Virus record (IMG/VR): IMGVR_UViG_3300042090_002485
Span: 32,001 to 96,000 of that record
DNA length: 64,000 nt
Reading direction: 5' to 3' (one strand)
Source: a virus
The position numbers were made by a program, and so were the translations under genes. This document shows, one piece after another, positions 17,051 through 25,300 of the stretch (position 1 is its first letter; each line of letters starts with the position of its first letter). The notes below the pieces were generated by a model. That model did not search any database and had not been told where the DNA came from. It was given only the letters and a program-made list of their open reading frames with translations.

Positions 17051-18369
17051 GCCGCGCTGCGCTGGGCGGCGTTGATGCGCTCGATCTCGGCCTTGAGGGC
17101 CGCCTTCTTCTCCTCCTCGTGCTTCATCCACGGCGGCAGGTCCTTGTCCTTGTCCTTGTCCTTGCCGTCGTCGTCCTTCTTGTCCTTGTCGTCGTCCTTC
17201 TTCTCGCCCTCCTCCTTCTTCTCCATGAAGGGCGGAAGCTCGGCCGACTTGGTGCCCTGGTTGCCTCCGCGCCCGTCGTAGGCGCCGGGCCGCGAGTGCG
17301 TCGCCTCGGGGGTGTGGTTCTTGTAGCCGTCCGTGCGCGAGCCCGGCGGGACCGCCGCGGGCGTCGCCGCCGCGGTCTTCTCGGACGCCTCCTTCTGGAG
17401 GCCCGTCAGGTAGTGCGCCTTCTCGACGACGTTCAGGCCCATGCACGCGCGGACCGCGGCGACTTTGCGGTCGTCGTCGAACGACGCGGGCAGGTACTCG
17501 GCGACCTCGGCAGCCGTTTTCTTGAACAGCGCGATGTAGGGGTCCTCCGCCGCAGCCTTCGCCGAGTGCTGCTGGACCGAGTTCGACTTGTCGTCGGTGC
17601 GGGCGGGGGCGTTGGGCTGCGTGGTCTCGCGGCCGACGACGGCCGGGCCCTTCACCTGCTTCATCACCTCGCCGAGGCTGCCGACGCCGGCGACACCGAA
17701 CGTCGCATAGCCCGACGGGCGCTGCTCGGCGTCCATCTTGGCCTCGGCGGAGCCCATCGCCTTGTTGCCCTTGTCGCCGCCGAGGATTGTCGAGCCCTCA
17801 GCCTGCTTGAACAGGCTGCGCAGCGTCTCGGACGCGGTGCGCGACTGCTCCTGCGGCGAGTTCGACTTGTCGTCGCTGCGCGCCGGCTTGTTCGGGTTCT
17901 CTTCTTCCTTGCCCACCGCACCCGGCTTTGTGTCGACCTCGGTCTTGCCGAGGCTGTCCGTCGCGTAGCCCGGCGGGCGCTGCTCGACGTCCATCTTCGT
18001 CTCGCCGGCCGGCGACTGCTTCTCCTCGTTGCCCTTGTCGCCGCCCTCGATGGTCGAGCCCTCGGCGAGCTTCGTCATCAACTGGATGACGCTGTGGTTG
18101 GCGAGCTTGTGCACGTCCTCCCACGAGCTGAGCTTGTTGAAGGACGCCGCCTTGAACCCCGGCCGGCCCTTGAACCAGTCAGATGCCGCGATGACCTCGT
18201 TCGAGACCTTGACCACGACGTCGCGACCGATGTCCCGGCTCAGGTCGATCTCGACGCGGTCCGCGATGAGGTCCGCGACCTTGTGTGCGGTGGTCTCGTC
18301 GGGGAACGAAGCGCGGCCTGCGTTGACCAGCGCGGTCTGGATGCCACGAACGAAGGCGTGCTTGAACAT
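17047..18369 (-). CDS. Inner-head protein with leader motif and two ~90-aa tandem repeats (440 aa)
   Basis: Start reassigned to MFKHAFVRGIQTALVNAG (AGGAG SD). Repeats begin KLAEGSTIEGGDKGN and KQAEGSTILGGDKGN. Confidence 0.65.
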   Translation of the reverse strand: MFKHAFVRGIQTALVNAGRASFPDETTAHKVADLIADRVEIDLSRDIGRDVVVKVSNEVIAASDWFKGRPGFKAASFNKLSSWEDVHKLANHSVIQLMTKLAEGSTIEGGDKGNEEKQSPAGETKMDVEQRPPGYATDSLGKTEVDTKPGAVGKEEENPNKPARSDDKSNSPQEQSRTASETLRSLFKQAEGSTILGGDKGNKAMGSAEAKMDAEQRPSGYATFGVAGVGSLGEVMKQVKGPAVVGRETTQPNAPARTDDKSNSVQQHSAKAAAEDPYIALFKKTAAEVAEYLPASFDDDRKVAAVRACMGLNVVEKAHYLTGLQKEASEKTAAATPAAVPPGSRTDGYKNHTPEATHSRPGAYDGRGGNQGTKSAELPPFMEKKEEGEKKDDDKDKKDDDGKDKDKDKDLPPWMKHEEEKKAALKAEIERINAAQRSAA

Positions 18370-18396
18370 GCGGCTATCTCTCCTGGGGAACGGGTG

Positions 18397-18405
18397 AATG
18401 ATAGG
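18397..18405 (-). promoter_or_regulatory. Putative late promoter CCTATCATT
   Basis: Intergenic, upstream of the AGGAG SD and ATG at 18369. Confidence 0.6.
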
Positions 18406-18432
18406 GCGGCATTTGGCAATTCCCAACGCGGG

Positions 18433-18645
18433 TCAGCCGAGCGCCTTGGCCTTGGGCGCGCCTGCAGCGATCGCAGGTGATGCAGGTGCTGGGGCAGCCG
18501 CTGTTGCAGGTGGTGCGTGGTTCGTCGCGGCTTGGCCGCTGAGCATCGGGTTGTAGCCCGCAGCGCCCTGCATCATGTTGGCGAGCTTGAAGTGCGCGAG
18601 GGCGCCTGCGCAGCCCGCCTCATACGAGTCCTTGAGAGTTTTCAT
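18433..18645 (-). CDS. Small protein with leader motif (70 aa)
   Basis: MKTLKDSYEAGCAGALAHFKLAN, then a Pro/Ala-rich tail. Confidence 0.6.
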   Translation of the reverse strand: MKTLKDSYEAGCAGALAHFKLANMMQGAAGYNPMLSGQAATNHAPPATAAAPAPASPAIAAGAPKAKALG

Positions 18646-18660
18646 GGCGTCTTGTCCCTG

Positions 18661-19101
18661 TTAGAAGAGGCGTCCGACTGCGTGTCCGAGGCCGCGACCT
18701 AGCGCCATCCCGATCGGCGCGACAGCGAGTCCGCCTGCTTGACCGCCGTACATCATGCCCGCGAGACCGCCGATGCCGCCGAGCAGGCGCGCCGCGCGGC
18801 CCTGCTCGGGGTCGCTGTGCATCATGCCGGGAAGCGCAGCCAGCGTGCCGAGGGTGCCGATGCGGCCCAGCGTCTGGCGAACAGGTTGGCCGGGCAGCGT
18901 CGGCCACAGCACCTGGCGCGGGTGCAGCGCGCCGCCCGCGCGGAACGCGGCGGGCCCCTGCACGAACGCCTCCGGTCCCATGCCGACCAGGCCGAGGTTG
19001 CGTGCCGCGCTGATCCCGGTGTCAATGAGGTTGGCCTCCTTGAAGCCGAAGCGCGCGCGGGCTGCTGCCGCGCCCGCTTCGTGTGCACTGGCGATGGTCA
19101 T
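18661..19101 (-). CDS. Glycine-zipper protein with leader motif (146 aa)
   Basis: MTIASAHEAGAAAARARFGFKEAN; LLGGIGGLAGMMYGG and IGMALGRGLGHAVG. Confidence 0.6.
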   Translation of the reverse strand: MTIASAHEAGAAAARARFGFKEANLIDTGISAARNLGLVGMGPEAFVQGPAAFRAGGALHPRQVLWPTLPGQPVRQTLGRIGTLGTLAALPGMMHSDPEQGRAARLLGGIGGLAGMMYGGQAGGLAVAPIGMALGRGLGHAVGRLF

Positions 19102-20879
19102 CAGTAGCCTCCGTCCTGGCCGAGACCGAACTCGGCACCCGCGACGTACGCCGGCACCGGCGAGGCGCCGTGCAGGTTCGACACGTCGCCGCGGTGGATG
19201 CCCGCGAGCAGAGACTCCTTGAGGTAGCGGTGCGCCAGGCGCGCCATCCAGTCGGGGTTCAGCAGCGGCGTGCGCGACGCGGCGCGCATGACGGGCACCG
19301 CGCGGGGCCCGGTCGTCGCGATCGGCACTGACGTCACGCCGTGGCGCGTGAGCTGCTCGACCATCGGCGGCGTGATCATCGTGCCCGCGGTGTGGTGAAG
19401 CACGGTGTCGGCCAGGGTCTCGCCGACCGCGTCAGCCGTCGGTACGCGGCGCTTGTCGGCGGCGAGCGCGGCGTGGAAGCGGTTGTAGTCGATGACGTCG
19501 CCCTTGAGGAACGCGTCGTCTGGTCCGGGGTCGACGACCTGGACGTAGTTGAGCACGCTCTTCGCGAGCGTCTCGAGGTGGCGCTTGTCGACCTCGGAGC
19601 CTGAACGCTTGTAGACGTCGGCGAGCGCGTCGACGAGGTAGCGCCGGCCCTCGCCGAGGCCCTTGTGCTCGACGACCTCGTCGGGCTTGGGCACGCCGTC
19701 AGAGAGCTGGTCGCCGGCGTAGACCGACTGGCCCGGCGCGACGAGGACACGGTGCTCGGGCGCCACGTAGTGTCGGGTGTCCCCGACGGTGACGTAGTGC
19801 CCGCCCTGTGGCGCGGCCTCGATGCCCTTGACCTCGCCATCGAGCCCGGCGAGCACTGCTTTGTGGGCGAACGACGACGGCACCTCGAGCAGCGAGCGCA
19901 CGCCCTTGATGCCCTCGAGTTTTTTCTCGTCGTCAGCGCGCGCGACGCGGCCGCCGTGCTTGGCGTTGAGGCTGAACTGCGTGAGCGGCTCGCTCAGCGC
20001 CTGCGCCGCGCGCACGCCGACGTTGGTGCCGATCGGGTGCAGACCACCCGCGGGCGCGAGACCCTGGCACTTCTGGCAGACGCCATGTGGCGCCTCGCAC
20101 GTCATTGGCGAGCGCACGGTGACGGTCTTGCCCTCGCGCGTCAGCTCCGACGCCAGTGCCGGCGTGACCAGGCGCCCGTCGGTGAGGTAGCGGTCGATGA
20201 CGTGCGGGTCCGACCCGAGCATCGCGATGCCGTTCTTGGTGCCGCAGTCTGGCGTCGTGATGAGCTGGTCGCCCATGTTGTTGACGAGGATCTTGGCGAG
20301 GTCGCCTGGCTCGACGACGGAGATGTTTGAGAGCACCGCGTTCACGCGCGCCTCGCCGCCGGCGACCCACGCATCGGCGGGCTTGAGCCCCTCGGAGAAG
20401 CTCCGGTCGATGAGCCACGGTACGACCTTGCCCTTCGAGTCGCGCACCATCACCGGCGCGCCGACCGCGCGCATCAGCTGCGCGGCGTTGCCGCGGCCGC
20501 CGGAGCGGACCATGTCGCCCATCGTGCCCGGGTGCTTCTTGGCGACGCCGAGCATCGCGTCGAAGCCCGCGGCGAGCGCCTTCTCCTTCTCGGCCGCGGT
20601 GCCGGCGCGGCGGAACGCGGCTGCGTGCGGGCCGAGCGCGGCGTCGCGCTCCTCGCGCTTGGGCGCGATGTCGTCCAGCCCGACCGAAATGCCGTCGAGC
20701 GTCGCGACCTCGTCGCCGACGCGCTTGAGCTTGGTGACAGCGTCGGGGTAGCCGCGCGGATCCTCCTTGGCGAGGCCGACGAGCAGCTCGTTGAGCGAGC
20801 CCTTCGTCAGCTCGCCGCGTCCGCGCCACTTCGGCGGCAGCGCGGAATCTACGAGGTGGCGACCGAGCGTGGTGGGCAC
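19101..20879 (-). CDS. rpoC: RNA polymerase beta' subunit, C-terminal half
   Basis: TTLGR start, GISVGLDDI, bridge helix (GLKPADAW...EPGDLAKILV), DCGT...RSPMTCEAPHGVCQKC zinc site, and trigger loop GVRAAQALSEPLTQFSLNAKHGG. Confidence 0.9.
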   Translation of the reverse strand: MPTTLGRHLVDSALPPKWRGRGELTKGSLNELLVGLAKEDPRGYPDAVTKLKRVGDEVATLDGISVGLDDIAPKREERDAALGPHAAAFRRAGTAAEKEKALAAGFDAMLGVAKKHPGTMGDMVRSGGRGNAAQLMRAVGAPVMVRDSKGKVVPWLIDRSFSEGLKPADAWVAGGEARVNAVLSNISVVEPGDLAKILVNNMGDQLITTPDCGTKNGIAMLGSDPHVIDRYLTDGRLVTPALASELTREGKTVTVRSPMTCEAPHGVCQKCQGLAPAGGLHPIGTNVGVRAAQALSEPLTQFSLNAKHGGRVARADDEKKLEGIKGVRSLLEVPSSFAHKAVLAGLDGEVKGIEAAPQGGHYVTVGDTRHYVAPEHRVLVAPGQSVYAGDQLSDGVPKPDEVVEHKGLGEGRRYLVDALADVYKRSGSEVDKRHLETLAKSVLNYVQVVDPGPDDAFLKGDVIDYNRFHAALAADKRRVPTADAVGETLADTVLHHTAGTMITPPMVEQLTRHGVTSVPIATTGPRAVPVMRAASRTPLLNPDWMARLAHRYLKESLLAGIHRGDVSNLHGASPVPAYVAGAEFGLGQDGGY

Positions 20880-20880
20880 G

Positions 20881-21273
20881 TCACATCCCGGGGTAGCCGC
20901 TGCCGCCGCCCATCATCATCTGTTGCTGACGGGCCTGTTGCTCGCGCTTTGCCTGGTTGTGCCGATGGAGCATGTAGAGCGCGCCGCCGGCGAGCAGCGA
21001 CGGCGCGAGCGTGCGCATGTTGCCGAGCGCGTTCTGGCGTGCCTCCATGCCGAGCGCGGGCGTTGCTGCGCCGCCGAGACCTTGGCGGAGGTTGCCGTAA
21101 AGGTCCTTCGCAGCGCCCATCTGTCCCTGTCCGAACGCCTTGGCACGGTCCATCAGGCCGGGCCCCGCGGGCGCGGGCGGCGCTGCGGGCGTCGACATGA
21201 ACGCGGGGTCGTTGGCGAGCTTGAAGAAGCGGATGGCGGCATCGCGGCCGCGCGCGGTGGAGTCGTTCAGCAT
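20881..21273 (-). CDS. Small protein with leader motif and hydrophobic helix (130 aa)
   Basis: MLNDSTARGRDAAIRFFKLAN; SLLAGGALYML. Confidence 0.6.
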   Translation of the reverse strand: MLNDSTARGRDAAIRFFKLANDPAFMSTPAAPPAPAGPGLMDRAKAFGQGQMGAAKDLYGNLRQGLGGAATPALGMEARQNALGNMRTLAPSLLAGGALYMLHRHNQAKREQQARQQQMMMGGGSGYPGM

Positions 21274-21734
21274 CAGAACACCGTTCCGATTGATGTGGGC
21301 TGGCCCATGTCGCTGAGCCGGTTCGCGGTATCACCTGCCGACAGGTTCGACGGCGCGCCCCACGAGGTGGAGCGGTCGAGCGGGTCGCGCGCAGACAGCT
21401 GGTCGCCGGGTGACAGCGGTGAGTCGAGGCCGCTGAGCGCGGCTGCGAGGTCGTCGGCCGAGCCTAGGCTCGCGCGTTTGGCGTTGCGCTCGTGCTCGGT
21501 CTTGAACGCCTCGTCCCAGCCGTGGAACTCGCGGCGCGGGATCTTCAGGCGGATCTCGGCGGAGGCTTCCTTGAAGCCGAACTGCTCGAGCGCGGCGGCG
21601 GCGCCGAGCACGAACGAGTGCTTGACCTTCTCGGGGAGCTTCTTGTCCTTGGGCGTCGCATCCTCGAACTCCTTGGCCAGTTCGGGGTGGCGGGCGTACA
21701 TGAACCGCCGCTGCGCCTGGGACTTGAAGGGCAC
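21273..21734 (-). CDS. Small protein: PFKSQAQRR mini-domain plus leader motif (153 aa, GTG start)
   Basis: MPFKSQAQRRFMYARHPELAKEFE...KLPEKVK, then HSFVLGAAAALEQFGFKEAS. The start is 5 nt after TATAAT. Confidence 0.6.
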   Translation of the reverse strand: MPFKSQAQRRFMYARHPELAKEFEDATPKDKKLPEKVKHSFVLGAAAALEQFGFKEASAEIRLKIPRREFHGWDEAFKTEHERNAKRASLGSADDLAAALSGLDSPLSPGDQLSARDPLDRSTSWGAPSNLSAGDTANRLSDMGQPTSIGTVF

Positions 21735-21738
21735 GACC

Positions 21739-21747
21739 AATTATAGG
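21739..21747 (-). promoter_or_regulatory. Putative late promoter CCTATAATT overlapping the endonuclease stop
   Basis: TATAAT, 5 nt, then GTG at 21734. Confidence 0.55.
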
Positions 21748-22376
21748 TGCTTGTGCTTGCGCCGTTGTTTCAAGCGCTGGTGCCAGGCGACCTGTCTTCG
21801 ATGTGCCGCTTCTGGGACGCGATGACCGGTGTCTCTCGTCAAGTACTGCGTCGCGCGGTCAGCCCATCCAGGCTGTTCGATATGACTTAGCGCTTGGTTG
21901 CATCCTCCACACAATGCACCACGTATCGCTCGTGTTTGATGGTCGTGGTCGACGTCAGTAGGTTTTTCATTACACAACGCACACGTGCCGTCTTGGCTCG
22001 TGATGATCGCGTCCCAGTGGCGCTGTGATATGCCCTTCGATGTAAAGCGTCCGTGTGCTTGTTTATCAGGTATGCAGGTCTTGCAATACTTCTGGTTTGG
22101 CGACGTTGGTACAAATGGGTCTGAGCATAGTTTGCAATTGCGCGGCGCGTGAACGCGTTTGCGTTCTTGTTCCTTTTCGACGCGTTTCGCTTCTTTCTTG
22201 GAGCGCCTTACGCCTTGGCGTCCTAGAAACGCTGCAATTGCTCCCTTGGGAATCTTGAACGCGCGGCTAAGTGTTAGCGGCGACTCCCCGTTCTTGTACT
22301 CACGCAGAACGCGACGGCCGATTTTGCTCCAGGCGATTTTGGTACCGTCACGCGCCGCGGATCTCGATCGGGTCAT
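21741..22376 (-). mobile_element. Free-standing endonuclease VII-type (His-Me finger) homing endonuclease
   Basis: CALCNEKPTDVDHDHQTRAIRGALCGGCNQAL, with an extra CKLC...CKTC. GC is clearly lower than the flanks, and the ORF overlaps the RNAP stop. Confidence 0.8.
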
Positions 22377-25300
22377 TCAGCGCGATCTCGCCGCGGTGAT
22401 AAGCCGCCATCGCCTCTTCCTGCGACGCGAAGTGCCGTGTCTTCTCGCGTGATGGCGCGCGGGTCGCGCGGTTAAGGCCCATCAGGCTCTCCATCTCGGG
22501 CGCGACGTTGAGCACGCCCGGCCGTTTGTCGGCGAAGATCATGCTCGACAGCGTCATCTTCTTGGCGTCTTCGACGCCGCCCGGCGTCACAGGCGCGTGG
22601 ATCTGCATCGCGTCGCCGTCGTAGTCGGCGTTGGTACCCTTCTCGGCGAATGGGTTGAGCTTGAGCGTCTTGCCGTCGACGACCTTGGGGTAGGCCGCGA
22701 TGATGTTGAAGCGGTGCAGCGATGGTGCGCGGTTGACCAGCACCGGACGTTCCTTGCTCTCGTTGAGCAGCTCCTGACGCGCGATCGGCGACTTGTCGTC
22801 GACCATCTTCTGCGCGTCAGTTGCGGCGTAGCCCCTGCGTACCAGCCGGCCAACGACGAACCGGCCGTACATTCGCCACAGCACACCCTCGGGAACTCCG
22901 ATTTCATCCATGTTGAGCGTAGGGTCAGGCGCAATCGTAGCACGGCCTGATACGTCTTGCTGTCTGCGCATTAATCTAGATTGGAAAAATCCACTACCTG
23001 GGCGTGTCCCCGTGATCGCCGCGATGTAGCCCTTGGCACCGCGCTTCTCCGCGCCGGGGCTGACCGGCTCGCCGACGCCAAACAGCGCGCCGACGGCGTC
23101 GTAGAGGTGGCGCCGCGGGTCAGCCAGCTCGGACTCGGGCAGCGTCTTCTTCGCCTCGCGCAGTTGGTCGCTGGCGAGGAACGCGTCCTTGTAGAGCAGG
23201 TTCGCGTCGCCGACCTGGAGGCGGCCGTCCTGCAGCGGCAGGATCGGGCGGATGACCGGCGGCGTCACCGGGACCTTCGTCAGGACGTAGGCGTTCGCCG
23301 GCTTGAGGTCGCGGTCCTTGAGTGCCTCGAGGTACTTGATCTGCTTGACGACGCCGTCGAGCGCGGGCCCGCGCGCGCGCCGCGACTCCTCGCGCAGCTC
23401 GGCGAGCTTGGCGTCCACGTCGATGTCGTCGAGCGCGCGCCGGAACCACTCGCCGCCGCGGCCGACACGCTCGGAGAACTCCTTCTGGGTCAGGCCGAGC
23501 AGGCGCCGCACCGGCTCCTCGAACACCGGGTTGACGATCGGCTCGTGCAGATCGACGTGCGACCACTTCGTGCCGGACATGCCGCCGGTGGTCGTCGGGT
23601 CGAACAGGCCGCCGGTCTCGGGGCGCAGGTCCTTGGCGCGAACGAGCTTGCTGGCGTCCTTGAGCGCGCCCGACGACATGCTCTTGATGTCGGCGTCGGT
23701 GAGCGGGCCGAGTGCGAGTCGCGAGCCGCTCTTGTCGACCTTGACGCCGGCCCCGGTGAGCATCGCGAGGAACTTGTCGTAGGCGAACGTGGTCTTGGGG
23801 GCGGGCGTGGGTAGGCCGAGCTGGACCGCGCGCCAGAACTCGTCACTGCGCTGACTCTTCACCGACGCGGCCTCGCGGAGGATGTTGCGGGCGTTGTGCG
23901 CGACCAATCCGTCAAATTCCATGCGGCCTAGCCCCTTGGCGCCGTCGTCGCCGCCGCGTGCTGGCTGCTGGTTGTAGTCGTAGCGCTCGGCGCCGTGCGC
24001 GGCCCAGTTGCTGTCCGTCGTCTTGAAGAGCTTGAGGATGTAGCTCTTGCCGACCACCACGTCGGGGATCTTCTTCCCTGTGATCGGATCGGACACGGTC
24101 TCCTTGTCCGTTAGCCCGTGTTCGGCGAGCAGCTTCTTGGCGTACTCTACATTGTCCCGTCCCGGGACGTACTGCGGTACGACGACGGGCTTGCCCGTCT
24201 TCTCGGCGACCTTGCCGAGCATCGTCTCTACGGTCTGCGCCGGGTTGATGCGCGATACGATGCCGGCCGACGTGAACAACAGGTCGACCGGTCGGCCGTC
24301 CTGGTCGTGGATCATCTGCTCGTCTGGGACGATCTTGGCGATGACCCCCTTGTTGCCGTAGCGGTTGCAGTTGCCGCACCAGGCGGGTTTGCCATTGCGG
24401 CGAACATACAGCACGTGCCCCGGCACGGTGAGGCAGTACACGGGTCGCGCGTAGTCTTCGATGAAGCCCTCTTCTTGCGCGTTCTGCTTCTTGGTGTGCC
24501 CGTGATTGATCTGCGGCTCGAGTTTCGTCGTCACGATGCTGACTTGGTAGAATGGACGCGCGTGGCTCGCCTTGCCCATGATCGTGACGGGGCCTCCCTC
24601 GTGGATCCGATCCACGTTGGCCGCCCAGCCCACGTGCAGGCAGAGGCGCTGGACGTCATCGGCTAGGCGTCGCGACACAGTGAAGTACGCGACGGGGCGC
24701 CCGCACGGCTTCGACGAGCCGTCTCCCCACATCAACCACTGGAACAGGATGCGCAACTGCGCTGGTGGCAGGTCGAAGACGTTGTCGGGGATGTACTTCT
24801 CGTGCGCGAGCCCGAATTGCGAGAAGTACGCGAGCAGTTGCTTGCCGTAGATTCTGATTTTCTCTGGTCCCGGATAGAACGCGATACCGGCGGCGCGCAG
24901 TGCGTCGATCAGCTGTTGTCGGTTGGGCTCGCGCGTCTGCGTGATGTCGATGCCGTACGTTCCGGGTTGGTCGAACGTATTTCCTTCGGAAAGGAATGCA
25001 CCGAGCAGCAGCAGGAACGTGTTCATCGGCATGCGCAGCGGTGGCAGCTCGCGGGTCCCGACACCGCCCTGCCCCGCGCGAACGGACATCGCGGGGAACT
25101 CGAATACGTCGACGTGCGTGCCCTGCCAGTTGCCGTTCTTCTTGAATTGGACGCGCTTGCCTGCAATCGCGTCGGCGCGCAGCAGCTCGAACTGATCGTG
25201 GTCGCGCCGCTTGACGTACATCTGGTGGTTGGCGGTGACTGCGAAGTCGACCTGTTGAGACCGCACCGCGTACATGCGCCCGCCGGTCGGGTAGGAGTGT

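Noticed and set aside
20880-22347. Possible group I intron joining the two beta' halves
   Set aside because: The interval holds three ORFs and a promoter, both halves have their own stop and start, and I saw no P7 or other core motifs. RT-PCR would settle it.
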